Source: Minisyncoccota bacterium
GTDB lineage: Bacteria; Patescibacteriota; Minisyncoccia; Phycocordibacterales; UBA9973
Length of the DNA stretch: 64,000 bases
Assembly (NCBI GenBank): GCA_041658325.1
Contig: JBBAAI010000003.1
Location: forward strand, 2,201 to 66,200
Direction of reading: 5' to 3'
The position numbers and the translations under genes are program-made. Within the stretch, counting starts at the first letter, position 1. Each line of letters begins with the position of its first letter. Shown here piece by piece: positions 1 to 11,700 of this stretch. The notes beneath the pieces were generated by a model. The model made no database searches. It saw only the letters and a list, made by a program, of their open reading frames with translations, and was not told the origin of the DNA.

Positions 1-46
1 AAACAATAAACCCGAACACATATTCTAAACCAGTACGATAAAGTCT

Positions 47-76
47 TTTGCAAATAGCTTATATTTTAGGTATTAT
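47..76 (+). promoter_or_regulatory. sigma70-like promoter for leuS (TTTGCA-18-TATTAT), -10 box 8 nt upstream of ATG: probable leaderless mRNA
   Basis: tttgca at 47-52, tattat at 71-76, ATG at 85; no Shine-Dalgarno. Confidence 0.45.
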
Positions 77-84
77 AAGAACAT

Positions 85-2451
85 ATGAAAGAATATGAGC
101 ATTTGAAGCTGGAAAAAAAATGGCAAATACTTTGGGAGAAAAAAGGTATTTATCATGCTCAAAATAACTCTAAAAAACCTAAATATTATAGTTTAATTGA
201 GTTTCCGTATCCTTCTGGAGATGGACTTCATGTTGGACATCCGCGGCCATATATTGGCATGGATATTATTTCTAGAAAAAGAAGAATGGAGGGATTCAAT
301 GTTTTATATCCGATTGGCTGGGATGCCTTCGGTTTGCCGACAGAAAATTATGCGATAAAAACAGGCAAAGATCCGCGAGCAGTTACTAAAAAAAATACTG
401 ATACTTTTCGTCGACAAATAAAATCCTTAGGCGTGTCCTTTGACTGGTCACGAGAAATAAATACTACTGATCCGAAATATTATAAATGGACGCAATGGAT
501 ATTTTTGCAGTTCTTGAAAAAAGGTTTAGCTTATAAAGCTAAAATAGCGATAAATTGGTGTCCAAAAGATAAAACTGGTTTAGCAAATGAAGAAGTTGTC
601 GGTGGTGTTTGTGAGAGATGCGGAACCCCTGTAGAAAAAAGAGAAAAAGAGCAATGGATGCTTGCGATTACTAAATATGCGGAAAAGCTTGATAAGGATT
701 TAGATACGGTAGATTATCTTCCGCAAATAAAATTGGCGCAGAGGAATTGGATAGGGAAGTCCGAAGGGGCGGAGATAGAATTTCTAGTTGGTAAAAAAAT
801 TGTAAAAGTTTTCACTACTCGTCCGGATACAATTTTGGGTGCAACATATTTAGTCCTTGCGCCGGAACATGAATTGGTTCAAAAACTGAAAGATAAAATA
901 AAAAATTGGAATGAAGTTGAAAAATATATTAAAGAAATAAAAAACAAAACAGACATTGAACGTACTGCCGAGGATAAAACAAAAACGGGGGTAGAATTAA
1001 AAGGAATAAAGGCGATAAATCCAGCAAATAAAGAAGAAATTTCCATATGGATAGCTGATTATGTTTTAGCTACCTATGGTACCGGAGCAATAATGGCAGT
1101 ACCAAAGCATGATGAAAGAGACAGAGATTTTGCTCAAAAATACAATTTGCCGATAGTAGATAAACCTCTTGTTGATGCCAAAGAAATAACAAAAAAAGTT
1201 GGGGGGAAAATGGTCGTAAAATTCAAACTTCGCGATTGGGTTTTTTCGCGCCAGCGATATTGGGGAGAACCGATACCGGTTATACATTGTGAAAAGTGCG
1301 GAATTGTTCCTGTGCCGGAAAAGAACTTGCCGGTAGAACTTCCAAAAATAAAAAATTATGAGCCGACAGATAGTGGAGAATCACCATTAGCAAATATTTC
1401 AAAATGGGTGAATACTAAATGTCCAAAATGCAAAGGTAAAGCGAAAAGGGAAACGGACACGATGCCGAACTGGGCAGGTTCAAGTTGGTATTATCTTCGC
1501 TATGCTGATCCAAAAAACAAAAAAGTTTTTGCTGACAAGAAAAATTTAAAATACTGGACACCGGTGGACTGGTATAACGGCGGTAATGAACACACAACAC
1601 TTCATCTTTTATATTCTCGTTTTTGGCATAAATTTTTATACAACGAAGGGCTGGTATCAACTTCTGAACCATATAAAAAGCGCACGGCGCACGGGATGAT
1701 TTTGGGTGAAGGGGGAGTAAAAATGTCTAAGTCACTAGGAAATGTGATTAATCCAGATGAAATTGTAAAAATATACGGTGCAGACACTTTGCGTGTTTAT
1801 GAGATGTTTATGGGTCCATTTAACCAATCTGTCGCTTGGTCCACGGAGAGTATTATTGGTGCGAGAAGATTTATTGAAAAAGTTTGGAGAATTGGCAAAG
1901 GAATTTCAGAAAATCAGAAGAATTTTTCAGGTCCTCGGTTCTCCGAGGCCCCAAACCCCGGCCAGGCCGTTCAAAATTCTTCCGATTTTCTTTCAATAAG
2001 AAAACTTTTCCACAAAACAATTAAAAAAGTCACCGAAGACATAGAAGAGATGCATTTTAATACGGCGATTTCTGCAATGATGATTTTGGCTACGGAAATG
2101 GAAAAAACGGAAAAGATAGAAACAGAAGATTTTAAAAAATTCTTACAAATTTTGTCTCCTTTTGCGCCACACATCACGGAAGAAATCTGGAGTATTTTGG
2201 GAGAAAAAAAATCTATCAATGTTTCTTTGTGGCCCAGATGGGATAAAGATTTAATTCAAGATGAAAATGTGAAAATAGTAGTACAAATAAATGGTAAAGT
2301 TAGAACTGAAATTTTTATAAAATCTGATGAAAAAGAAGAAGAAATAAAGGAACAAACCATTAAAAATGAAGTTGTTTTAAGGTATTTAGCCGGTGGAGAA
2401 GCCAAAAAGATTATTTATGTGAAAAATAGACTTATAAATATTGTTGTTTAG
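85..2451 (+). CDS. leuS: Leucyl-tRNA synthetase
   Basis: 788-aa ORF; class I HIGH-type motif (LHVGHPRPY) and KMSKS (VKMSKSLGN); N-terminal PYPSGDGLHVGH and overall collinearity typical of bacterial LeuRS. Confidence 0.9.
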   Translation: MKEYEHLKLEKKWQILWEKKGIYHAQNNSKKPKYYSLIEFPYPSGDGLHVGHPRPYIGMDIISRKRRMEGFNVLYPIGWDAFGLPTENYAIKTGKDPRAVTKKNTDTFRRQIKSLGVSFDWSREINTTDPKYYKWTQWIFLQFLKKGLAYKAKIAINWCPKDKTGLANEEVVGGVCERCGTPVEKREKEQWMLAITKYAEKLDKDLDTVDYLPQIKLAQRNWIGKSEGAEIEFLVGKKIVKVFTTRPDTILGATYLVLAPEHELVQKLKDKIKNWNEVEKYIKEIKNKTDIERTAEDKTKTGVELKGIKAINPANKEEISIWIADYVLATYGTGAIMAVPKHDERDRDFAQKYNLPIVDKPLVDAKEITKKVGGKMVVKFKLRDWVFSRQRYWGEPIPVIHCEKCGIVPVPEKNLPVELPKIKNYEPTDSGESPLANISKWVNTKCPKCKGKAKRETDTMPNWAGSSWYYLRYADPKNKKVFADKKNLKYWTPVDWYNGGNEHTTLHLLYSRFWHKFLYNEGLVSTSEPYKKRTAHGMILGEGGVKMSKSLGNVINPDEIVKIYGADTLRVYEMFMGPFNQSVAWSTESIIGARRFIEKVWRIGKGISENQKNFSGPRFSEAPNPGQAVQNSSDFLSIRKLFHKTIKKVTEDIEEMHFNTAISAMMILATEMEKTEKIETEDFKKFLQILSPFAPHITEEIWSILGEKKSINVSLWPRWDKDLIQDENVKIVVQINGKVRTEIFIKSDEKEEEIKEQTIKNEVVLRYLAGGEAKKIIYVKNRLINIVV

Positions 2452-2526
2452 TTGTTTTTTAATATAAAGCTATGTATAATTAATCTTTGAACGTGTAGTT
2501 ATTATTTATTAATTTTTAAAAAACTT

Positions 2527-4602
2527 ATGAATTCAAATATTTTTGATAGGCTCTCGTTTTTAACATTGTTTTTAGTTATAGTTTTGTTACCCGTTTTCTT
2601 TTTACCTTTTACCAGTATTCCAGTTGAAATTTCTAAAGGTTTACTCTTGGTTTTAGGACTTTTAGTGTGTGTGATTTTTTGGGCATTGGCTAGATTTTTT
2701 GATGGTAAAATAATTTTACCGAAATCCTGGCTTTTAGTTTCAGGATTTGGAATAGTTTTAGTTTTCTTACTTTCTTCTCTTTTTTCTAAAACGCCTCAAG
2801 TGTCTTTATTTGGAACGATGTTTGATCTTGGTAGTTTTTATTTTATATTTTCTGGTTTTATTTTAATGTTGATGTCTTCTGTTGTTTTTAGAAATCAAAA
2901 AAGAGCAAAAATGGTTTTGTTGGGAACAATACTATCTTCAGCTTTTGTTTTAATTTTCCAAGGTTTTCATTTGTTTATGCCTAAAGTTCTTTCTTTGGGT
3001 GTTTTAGCTGAAAAAACTAGTAATGTTATAGGTTCCTGGAACGCGCTAGGTCTTTTTGCTGGTTTTTCTTGCCTCATGTTTCTTTTAGTAATTGAATTTT
3101 TCCCAATCTCTAAAGTAAGAAAAATTTTGCTAGAAGTATTTATTTTACTTTCAATTCTTTTAGCGGTGGTAATAAATTTCCCATTAGTCTGGGTGCTTCT
3201 TGGAATTTCAAGTTTACTTATCTTTGTTTATAAAGTTTCACTTACTTTTCACAGAGGTGGAGAAGAGGAAGAAAAAAAACAGTTTCCCATAGTTTCTTTT
3301 ATTGTTGTGATAACCTCCTTGTTGTTTTTTCTTTCTGGACAGTTCGTCGGTAATTTTATTCCGAATCGTTTACAGATAGCAAACACTGAAGTGAGTCCTT
3401 TTTTTAGTACGACTATGTCTATAACCAAGGGAGTGTTGATTAAAGACCCCATTTTTGGTATTGGCCCGAACAGATTTGGAGAAGCTTGGGCAATGCATAA
3501 ACCTCTCGCGATAAACACAAATGTAAACGGGAATGATTTTTCAGATATCTATTTTAATTCAGGTTCTGGATTGTTGCCCACTTTTATTGCTACTACCGGA
3601 AGTCTTGGCATTCTCTCTTGGGTTATTTTTTTAGTTTTGTTTTTAATTATTGGAGCGCGATCGGTATTTTCTAGCATTAAAAATGGAGCGAACTGGGAAA
3701 TGATGGCGTTTTTTGTATTATCTCTTTATTTGTTTGTTTCTTCCATATTTTATTCTGGAGGAATAGTGATATTTTTATTATCACTTGCTTTTGCTGGGGT
3801 ATTTATTGGGTTGTATACTTCAAATGAAGACAAAGGAATATTGGTTTCATTTTTAAATGATCATAGGAAAAGTTTTTTTTCCATACTTCTACTTGTGATG
3901 GTTGTAATTTTTTCTGTTATTGCCTCATTTAAATATGTAGAACGCTTTGTTTCTGTATCGTATTTTAAAAAGGCACTTTCGGCGCAAACTATTCCGTTAG
4001 CTCAAGATTATATTGGTAAAGCCCTTTCATTATATTCCAATGATTTATATTTACGTACTTATTCGCAAATATATCTTATGAAATTGAATTCCATCGCTAG
4101 CAAGAACTCAACCTTGTCTGATGTAGATAAGATAGACCTACAAGCAAGTTTTGACCAAGCGGTGAATAGCGCTCAGATGGCAGTGGCTTACGACTCATCA
4201 AATTATCTCAACTTTCAATTACTTGGATCTGTTTATCAAGCAGTCGGGGCGATCGGGGTAAAGGATGCTTATAGTAAAGCAGTTTTAGCTTATCAAAATG
4301 CCTCCAATTTGAATCCACTTAATCCAGGATTAAAACTAGCTGTAGCTAGCGCTTTATTTGCTGAAGAAAAAACAAAAGAAGCGAAAGATTATGCAAATAT
4401 CGCACTTTCTTTAAAGCCAGATTACATTGAAGCTCTCATTACTCTTTCCCAAATAGCAAAAAGTGAAGGTAACAACGCTGAAGCATTGTCTTATGCGCAA
4501 AAAGCCCTCTCGTTCGCCCCTGCTAATAAAAATTTAATAGAATATGTAAATTCTTTTAACACCCCAATTTCTCCTTCTTCCACCAATAAACCTAAACAGT
4601 AG
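2527..4602 (+). CDS. Polytopic membrane protein with C-terminal TPR-like repeats (O-antigen ligase/Wzy-like family, putative)
   Basis: 691-aa ORF, >10 hydrophobic helices in N-terminal 450 aa, C-terminal soluble domain with repeated A/Y/L-rich TPR-like units (LAYQNASNLNPLNP...ALSLKPDYIEA). Confidence 0.5.
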   Translation: MNSNIFDRLSFLTLFLVIVLLPVFFLPFTSIPVEISKGLLLVLGLLVCVIFWALARFFDGKIILPKSWLLVSGFGIVLVFLLSSLFSKTPQVSLFGTMFDLGSFYFIFSGFILMLMSSVVFRNQKRAKMVLLGTILSSAFVLIFQGFHLFMPKVLSLGVLAEKTSNVIGSWNALGLFAGFSCLMFLLVIEFFPISKVRKILLEVFILLSILLAVVINFPLVWVLLGISSLLIFVYKVSLTFHRGGEEEEKKQFPIVSFIVVITSLLFFLSGQFVGNFIPNRLQIANTEVSPFFSTTMSITKGVLIKDPIFGIGPNRFGEAWAMHKPLAINTNVNGNDFSDIYFNSGSGLLPTFIATTGSLGILSWVIFLVLFLIIGARSVFSSIKNGANWEMMAFFVLSLYLFVSSIFYSGGIVIFLLSLAFAGVFIGLYTSNEDKGILVSFLNDHRKSFFSILLLVMVVIFSVIASFKYVERFVSVSYFKKALSAQTIPLAQDYIGKALSLYSNDLYLRTYSQIYLMKLNSIASKNSTLSDVDKIDLQASFDQAVNSAQMAVAYDSSNYLNFQLLGSVYQAVGAIGVKDAYSKAVLAYQNASNLNPLNPGLKLAVASALFAEEKTKEAKDYANIALSLKPDYIEALITLSQIAKSEGNNAEALSYAQKALSFAPANKNLIEYVNSFNTPISPSSTNKPKQ

Positions 4603-4613
4603 ATTTATAACGA

Positions 4614-6293
4614 ATGGAAAAGATTTTACGAATTTTTACTAAAGAATCTGGAAGCATAAATCAAGCCGCTCTTCTTTTAGGTTGTCTGACTTTTTTATCT
4701 CAAATTTTAGCGCTTTTTCGTGATCGTTCTTTTGCTCACTTTATAGGACCATCTCCCGCGCTCGATGCTTATTATGCGGCTTTTCGAGTTCCAGATTTGA
4801 TTTTTATTTCTATAGCATCGCTTGCTTCTATCACAGTGATAATTCCTTTTATCGTCGCTAAGATGGATGGGGACAAGGTGACGCCTGAAGCACGGAAATA
4901 TTTGAATGATATTTTTACAGTTTTCTTTTCTTTAATGGTTTTAGTCGCGCTTATCGCTTTTTTTCTTATGCCGTATTTAACAAATTTTATTGCTCCAGGG
5001 TTTACGCCGTTTTATCAAGCAAAAGTGATTTTACTTTCGCGGATAATGTTGCTTTCGCCGATTTTAATGGGACTTTCAAATCTTTTCGGCACGGTTACTC
5101 AACTTTTCCGTAAATTTTTTATTTATTCTTTAAGTCCAATTTTTTATAATCTAGGAATTATTGTTGGAGTAATATTTTTTTATCCAATTTTTGGAATTTC
5201 TGGTTTAGCAATGGGAGTGGCGCTCGGCGCTCTGATGCATTTTGGAATACAGGCATTAGCTTCACACGGATGTGGTTTTACACCCAAATTTTCATTTTCT
5301 ATTAATTTCAAAGATATAAAAAACGTGGCCTTAACTTCTCTTCCTCGCACATTAGGTCTCGCTTTTAATAACATTTCTCTTATTTTTATAATAGCTCTAG
5401 CTTCCTTTTTAAAGAGTGGTTCTATCTCAGTATTTAATTTTGCGTTTAATCTGCAGTCGGTTCCATTAAATATTATTGGTATATCTTATGCCGTAGCGGC
5501 TTTCCCGACTTTAGCTAAAGCTTTCAGTAATGGCAAAAAAGAGGAATTTAAAAAACACCTAAAAGAAGCTTCTAGGGCAATAGTCTTTTGGTCTTTGCCG
5601 GTGATTTTTCTTTTTATTGTTCTTCGAGCGCAGATCGTTCGTGTTATTCTTGGCTCTGGAACTTTTTCTTGGGATAATACTCGTTTAGTCGCGGCTGGTC
5701 TTGCGATTTTTTCTGTTTCTATTCTTGCTCAAGGAATGATCACTTTGTTATCTCGTTCTTATTATGCTACTGGGAATACCAAGCGTCCACTTATTGTAAA
5801 TTTCTCCTCTTCCATTTTAATAATAATTTTATCTTTTATTTTTATTCGTCTTTTTGAAAATTGGAACTTTTTCCGATATTTTATAGAGTCTTTGCTAAAG
5901 GTGGGGGATATCGCTGGAACAGAAGTATTAATGCTTCCACTTGCATATTCCATAGGAACTATTTTAAATTTTGCGCTACTTTGGATTTTTGTAAAAAAAG
6001 ATTTTATGCCCAATGAGCTTTTTATCACTAAGACTTTTTTCCAAAGTCTGGGCGCGTCATTTTTTTTAGGGCTCATCACTTATTTAAGTCTGAACGTTCT
6101 TTCCCCAGTCTTTGGTACAACTACTTTTTGGGGTGTATTTCTCCAGGGTTTTATTTCTGGGATTTTGGGGATAGCTTCCGCCATTGTGGTTTTATTTTTG
6201 TTAAAGAGTGAAGAGTTAGATGATATTATAAAAACCCTAAAGACCAAATTTTGGCGCGCAAAAATTATTGCTCCTTCTCAAGAAGAACTTTAA
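4614..6293 (+). CDS. murJ: Lipid II flippase MurJ (MviN family)
   Basis: 559 aa, 14 predicted TM helices, N-terminal LLGCLTFLSQILALFRDRSFAHFIG...AFRVPDLIF typical of MurJ. Confidence 0.8.
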   Translation: MEKILRIFTKESGSINQAALLLGCLTFLSQILALFRDRSFAHFIGPSPALDAYYAAFRVPDLIFISIASLASITVIIPFIVAKMDGDKVTPEARKYLNDIFTVFFSLMVLVALIAFFLMPYLTNFIAPGFTPFYQAKVILLSRIMLLSPILMGLSNLFGTVTQLFRKFFIYSLSPIFYNLGIIVGVIFFYPIFGISGLAMGVALGALMHFGIQALASHGCGFTPKFSFSINFKDIKNVALTSLPRTLGLAFNNISLIFIIALASFLKSGSISVFNFAFNLQSVPLNIIGISYAVAAFPTLAKAFSNGKKEEFKKHLKEASRAIVFWSLPVIFLFIVLRAQIVRVILGSGTFSWDNTRLVAAGLAIFSVSILAQGMITLLSRSYYATGNTKRPLIVNFSSSILIIILSFIFIRLFENWNFFRYFIESLLKVGDIAGTEVLMLPLAYSIGTILNFALLWIFVKKDFMPNELFITKTFFQSLGASFFLGLITYLSLNVLSPVFGTTTFWGVFLQGFISGILGIASAIVVLFLLKSEELDDIIKTLKTKFWRAKIIAPSQEEL

Positions 6294-6406
6294 AACTCAG
6301 AGGCCTCTTTATCCACAGTATTTTTCTTTTATTCTTTTATTATGAGGATTATCCTGATATAATATATAAGTCTTGATTCAAGCTTTGAGTTAAGAAAAAG
6401 ATAAAA

Positions 6407-8407
6407 ATGCTAGAAAAAAAAAGCAGATCAAAATTAATTCTATTTAGGTTTTTTATTGTTGTCTTGTTGTTGTTTTTTGGCACTAAATTAGTTTTTGCAT
6501 CTGAAACAAATGGAATAATTGACGGAAATTATAAATACGCTTGGGGTGAAAATATTGGTTGGATTAATTTTGGTTGTGATAATTGCAATGTTAATGTTAC
6601 CGATGATGGTCTTTCGGGATATGCTTGGAGTACACAATATGGTTGGATAAATTTAGATCCAACTACTTCGGGAGTTCAAAATAACGGGCAAGGACTGCTC
6701 TCTGGTTATGCTTGGAGTCCAAATCTTGGTTGGATTAATTTTAACGGAGTTACGATATCCTCTAATGGATATTTTTTAGGTTATGCAACGATAGAATCTG
6801 ATAGTAGCCAAATTAATTTTAATTGCACCAATGCAGATTCTTGTAGTGGGGCAGATTTTAAAGTAAAAACTGATTGGAAACCAGCCAGCGCTAGACAGTC
6901 AGGAGGTAGTGGGGCTGGAGGTTCTGGTTTCCCTGTACCGCCAAATCCACCACCCGTCGTTCCTCCCACCATTCCTCCTGTTGTTCCACCAACAATTGTA
7001 AATGTAGTGGTGGATAATATCTCAGAAACCATAAATTCTATTTCTGATTCTTTTTTTAATTTATTTCAACCACAAAATAAACCTGAAAATACAATAGTTG
7101 AGATTCCTAAAATAGCGCCACTTTCATTAAAGGTGTTGTGGAATCTTTTGCCCAGAAAAGCCATAAAAGAATTTGTCTTTGCGCCGTTGCCATACGAAGT
7201 CCGTGTACTAGCTTCTAAATTTCCAGAACTCGACAGAACACTCAAAAGTGTCGGCATAAAAAGATTAACTGATATGAGTAAATTAAGTGGGGTAACTCTC
7301 AACCTTCCCGGACTTACGGAACTTACCAACACACTTAGAAATGTTGGGGCAGAAAGATTGGCTGGGGTAGATAAATTAAATAGCGTAAATTTCGATATTC
7401 CCGGGCTTTCTAATTTAGATGAAAAAATGGTAAATAATATTGGTGTAAACATAGGTACAGGGAAAATTTCCCTTATAAAAGGATTGCCGTTAACAAAATT
7501 TTCTCTGCTGGAAAAGAAAAACCTACCATCCGAATTCGTATTTGCTCGAACGAATGGTGAGCTTATTGATTTGAATGTAGCGATGTCAGTTAGTGAAAAA
7601 GGGGAAGTAACTCAAAAAATATCTTCTTTACCTGGCAAGACATTACGATTTGTGGTAAAGCCGATCAGCAAAGCTAGAAGCGTAACTGGTTATTTTATAT
7701 TTAAATCGGCCACACCTAAAATCACACAAAATCAAATTCCTCGATCTTCTCTCACTGCCTCGGCGCTATTTTCAATGAGTGGCTTAGTTGAAAAAACTTC
7801 CAAGTCTGTTCCCGTGGAAAATAAATTAGTGCTTTCTTCGTTTGAATACACTGACCTAGATCACGACGGAATATACACGGCTGACGTTGTTTCTCCTTCA
7901 GTGCCCGGTGAATATGAAGTTATCACTGTCATTGATTATTTAGATCCAGTACTCGGGGCTCGCCAAATGAGAATGATAACCGTTATTGACCCAGAAGGAT
8001 ATGTTTTTGAAAAAAATAACGGCAAAGAGACTCGTATTCCGTCAGCTATTATATCTCTTTATTCATTAAATAATTTAACTAAAAAATATGAGCTTTGGGT
8101 CGCGAAAGATTATCAACAGGAAAACCCGCAAATAACAGACGTTAGGGGAACTTATTCGTTTTTAGTGCCAGAAGGTTCCTATTATTTCCAGATAGAGGCA
8201 CCAGGCTATGATTTTTATCAAGGAAAAGCATTTGTTGTCGTAGAGGGAAGTGGAATCCACCAAAACATAGAATTAAAATCCAGCCGAGGGTGGTTTTCTG
8301 TATTTGACTGGAAAACCGTTCTTTTGATTGTCGTGTTATTATTATTAGTGTATAATTTATATCGTAATACCCTGCGAGATAAATTATTAAAATTTTCAAA
8401 CAAATGA
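6407..8407 (+). CDS. Secreted/anchored repeat protein (signal peptide, three Y-A-W-x-x-x-G-W-I-N-F/L repeats, Pro-rich linker, C-terminal TM anchor)
   Basis: N-terminal hydrophobic signal (FFIVVLLLFFGTKLVFA), repeats YAWGENIGWINF / YAWSTQYGWINL / YAWSPNLGWINF, PVPPNPPPVVPPTIPPVVPPTIV linker, C-terminal helix VLLIVVLLLLVY then basic tail; stop overlaps next start (ATGATGA). Confidence 0.5.
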   Translation: MLEKKSRSKLILFRFFIVVLLLFFGTKLVFASETNGIIDGNYKYAWGENIGWINFGCDNCNVNVTDDGLSGYAWSTQYGWINLDPTTSGVQNNGQGLLSGYAWSPNLGWINFNGVTISSNGYFLGYATIESDSSQINFNCTNADSCSGADFKVKTDWKPASARQSGGSGAGGSGFPVPPNPPPVVPPTIPPVVPPTIVNVVVDNISETINSISDSFFNLFQPQNKPENTIVEIPKIAPLSLKVLWNLLPRKAIKEFVFAPLPYEVRVLASKFPELDRTLKSVGIKRLTDMSKLSGVTLNLPGLTELTNTLRNVGAERLAGVDKLNSVNFDIPGLSNLDEKMVNNIGVNIGTGKISLIKGLPLTKFSLLEKKNLPSEFVFARTNGELIDLNVAMSVSEKGEVTQKISSLPGKTLRFVVKPISKARSVTGYFIFKSATPKITQNQIPRSSLTASALFSMSGLVEKTSKSVPVENKLVLSSFEYTDLDHDGIYTADVVSPSVPGEYEVITVIDYLDPVLGARQMRMITVIDPEGYVFEKNNGKETRIPSAIISLYSLNNLTKKYELWVAKDYQQENPQITDVRGTYSFLVPEGSYYFQIEAPGYDFYQGKAFVVVEGSGIHQNIELKSSRGWFSVFDWKTVLLIVVLLLLVYNLYRNTLRDKLLKFSNK

Positions 8408-8772
8408 TGATAGAAAATGAAAAGCGTTTTGTGGTCATATTTATTGTAATACTCGTTATCAGCAATGTATTTTTTGCTTACAAGTTTTTTTCCTTCTCTA
8501 AAGAATTAGAAACAATAAAATCTAATCAGGTAAAAGTTGAATTAAACCAAAAAATAATTAACTTTGCTTCAATGTTTATTAAAAAAGTATTACAAGCAGA
8601 AAAAGAAGTTGATTTTGAAACGAGGCTTTCACTTGAGAATGCGGTGCGTGATTTGAAAGACGAAGAAGTGATGGCCGAATGGCAAAATTTCACTGCGAGT
8701 AAAACAGAAGCAGATGCGCAGAATAGCGTGAAAAAGCTCTTAGGTATTTTGATAACCAAAATCCAGAAGTAA
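8404..8772 (+). CDS. Small membrane-anchored hypothetical protein
   Basis: 122 aa, single N-terminal TM helix (FVVIFIVILVISNVFFAY), start overlaps upstream stop (translational coupling). Confidence 0.4.
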   Translation: MMIENEKRFVVIFIVILVISNVFFAYKFFSFSKELETIKSNQVKVELNQKIINFASMFIKKVLQAEKEVDFETRLSLENAVRDLKDEEVMAEWQNFTASKTEADAQNSVKKLLGILITKIQK

Positions 8773-8799
8773 ATTTTGAAATAAGTCGTATTTGATTGT

Positions 8800-11700
8800 T
8801 TGAAAATTATGAAAAATATATTTTCTAAAATAAAAATAATATCAACGAACAAAATAGCTATTGCTTTATTTGTTTTTGTTGTGCTTGTTTTATTTTCAGC
8901 AAAAATGGTTTTCGCCGTTTGGAACGGTACTTTTTATGAACCGGGAGATACCTTAAATCCAGAATGTTTACCGACAGATGCAGATTGTGATGTTCGATCA
9001 CCACTTACTTCTGTAAATATAAGCGATACTGCCTATGATGCGACGACGTGGGATGGTGTGACGACGATATCTCCAAGTAAAAATGCTGTAAGGGATCAAA
9101 TAGAAACATTAGTAGCAAGTAATCATAATCCTCTTACTATTGGTACCGCTAATGGTCTTTCTTTAGCAACTCAAGTATTAAGTTTAGCGTTAGCTTCTAC
9201 TTCTACTACTGGAGCATTATCAGATACAGACTGGAATACTTTTAATAATAAAGCTTCAGCTCTTGGGGCAGACGATAACTATGTTACCGATGCGCAACTT
9301 GTAGTAGTCGGGAATACTTCCGGAACAAATTCTGGTGACAATGCTGTGAACTCTCTTTACTCTGGGCTCGCTGCTTCTAAACAAGATGCGTTAAATGGTA
9401 CTGGTTTTGTAAAAGCAACTGGTACAACTATTTCTTATGACAATTCAACTTATTTAGATACAGGGACTGCTTCCAGTACATATCTTCCTCTTGCAGGTGG
9501 AACTCTCACTGGTCTTCTGTCAACCAGCATTGATGGGAACAACGCCGTGACGGAGTTCTTGCAACTCACAAACTCAAATGAGCCGACAACAGGGCAAGTA
9601 GGCGACACGGCTTCCATCTCGTTTGATTTTTTCGGCACCATTAACAACGGGTCCAGTTATGCGCAAACTGAGGTCGCGAGGATCGAAGCGTATAAGTATG
9701 GAGATTTCTTCCACGCCACAGCACTCACAGACCATGATGTTGGGTTGAAGTTCTATACAATGGACGGGGGCACACAGAGAGAGACTGCATCCATGTCCGC
9801 TCCATTGGGTATAGGGTGGTTTCAACTCTTCTATGCTGGGACAATCGGCCCTGGGTTCTCTGCCACAAGTAGTTCAGCTATCTCGGCGACTACAAGTACC
9901 ATTGGGAACTTCGCATCCTTTAGTGCTAGTAACATATATGCGAAAGGTGGAGCGCTTCGTTCTCAGAACTCTGCAGCGACAGAGACATATTTCTACGCGG
10001 GTCAAGCATACACCGCTGTCAATTCTCTTTCCGCATATACCTGGGGCAACACAGCTACCGCAATTTCAGGCCTAGACACCGGCCTTTCGCGTGCGGCTGC
10101 GGGGGTTGTCCGCATCGGCTCTGGCGCAAGCGGCACGACGGACACGGGCGACCTCGTAATGCAGGACAACATCGAGTTCGAGGGTAGCGCGGCAGACGAT
10201 TTCGAGACACAGTTCACCGTCACCAACCCCACCGCAGACCGGACAATCACCATCCCCGATCTTACTGGAACGCTGGCACTTACTTCTGATTTAGGAACAT
10301 ATCTACCATTAGCAGGTGGAACCCTCACGGGTAATCTTATTGTTGGCGTTGCACCGACAGCTTCTGCAAACTACGGAACATTTTCTCTAGGAGGCGGTGC
10401 ATTTGATGGATCAACCGCTGGATATTTTGTTGGCTCAGCTTCGGGAACATCTTTAGCAGTGAATGAAGTATCTGGATATGTTGGTAATCTAATAGACGCA
10501 CAGGTGGGGGGAGTAAGTAAGTTTAGTGTGGATAATACAGGGGGAGTGCGCATAGGCACAACCACAACAAATACAGCAGGAACTATTCGTTATCTCAATT
10601 CTGATTTTCAGGGGTATGATGGCACAAGTTGGAAATCTTTGACTAATCTTGCATCAATTACAGGAGAAGCAACTGGTTTTCCGAATAGGACTGATACTGC
10701 AATTTCATTTAATAACGGTACTAGAAATTTTACAATAACCGGAACAAATTTTAAGGTGTATAGCAAGGGTGCAGAATTTACAAAAAATACAGAATCAATA
10801 GAAATACCAGATGTAACTGGATTATATTTTATTTATTATGATGCTACGACTCAAGCTCTTTCACAGAGCACTTCTCCTTGGTCACTCATAGATGGCACTA
10901 TCAACATAGGGACAGTGTATTGGAATACTTCTTTAGCTACAGGTCTTTTAGGGGAAGAACGACACGGGGTCACTATGGATGGAAATACTCATGAATTATT
11001 ACATAACACTGTTGGGTCGAGGTATAATACAGGTTTTACTGGTACTTTTAATTCTCCTCCCACTTTCTCTGTGACAGCTGGAAGTTTTTATGATGAAGAT
11101 ATAAAAAACGAAACTCTTTCTACTGAAACCACAGCTAGAGTTTTATATAGAACAGGGGCAAGTAGTACTTTCACAGCAGAGCAGGTAAATTATTATCACG
11201 AAGTCAGTGATATCATCCAATATGATAATGCTGGTTCGTTAGCTGATGTTACGAACAATAACTATGTCGCTTATTGGATTTTTGCTACCAATGACACAAT
11301 TACCCCCATTTATTCTTTAATGGGGCAAAGACAAGATACTAGCTTAGCAAATGCTCGAGCAAACAATACTTACGAAGGATTGTCTCTTAGCTCATTACCA
11401 TTCAAGGAAATGAAAGCTTTATATAGAATTATTTTAAGAAGAAGTGGCACCAGTGAGACATATCAAGAAATTCAAGATTTACGCTCAATCTCAAATTTAT
11501 CTTCAGGAACTTACCTTGCTTCAAATCACAGTTTACTGACAGGGCTTACGGATGATGATCATCCTCAATATTTGAATATTAATGGCAGAAGTGGAGGACA
11601 GACAGTTATAGGAGGTACAGATGCTACAGATATTTTAACCATACAAAACACGAGTACTACTGGCACGACGCTTACCAATCCAGCAATGTATCTGAAAGTA

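Noticed and set aside
1066-2219. Short antisense or overlapping ORFs inside leuS (1066-1287, 1415-1672, 1602-1787, 1778-1999, 1971-2219). Similar nested ORFs occur inside most long genes.
   Set aside because: Embedded within a well-supported conserved gene. No start context, and compositionally junk. Same reasoning applies to nested ORFs within murJ, the giant gene, ppsA, valS, gdh, gatB and others.
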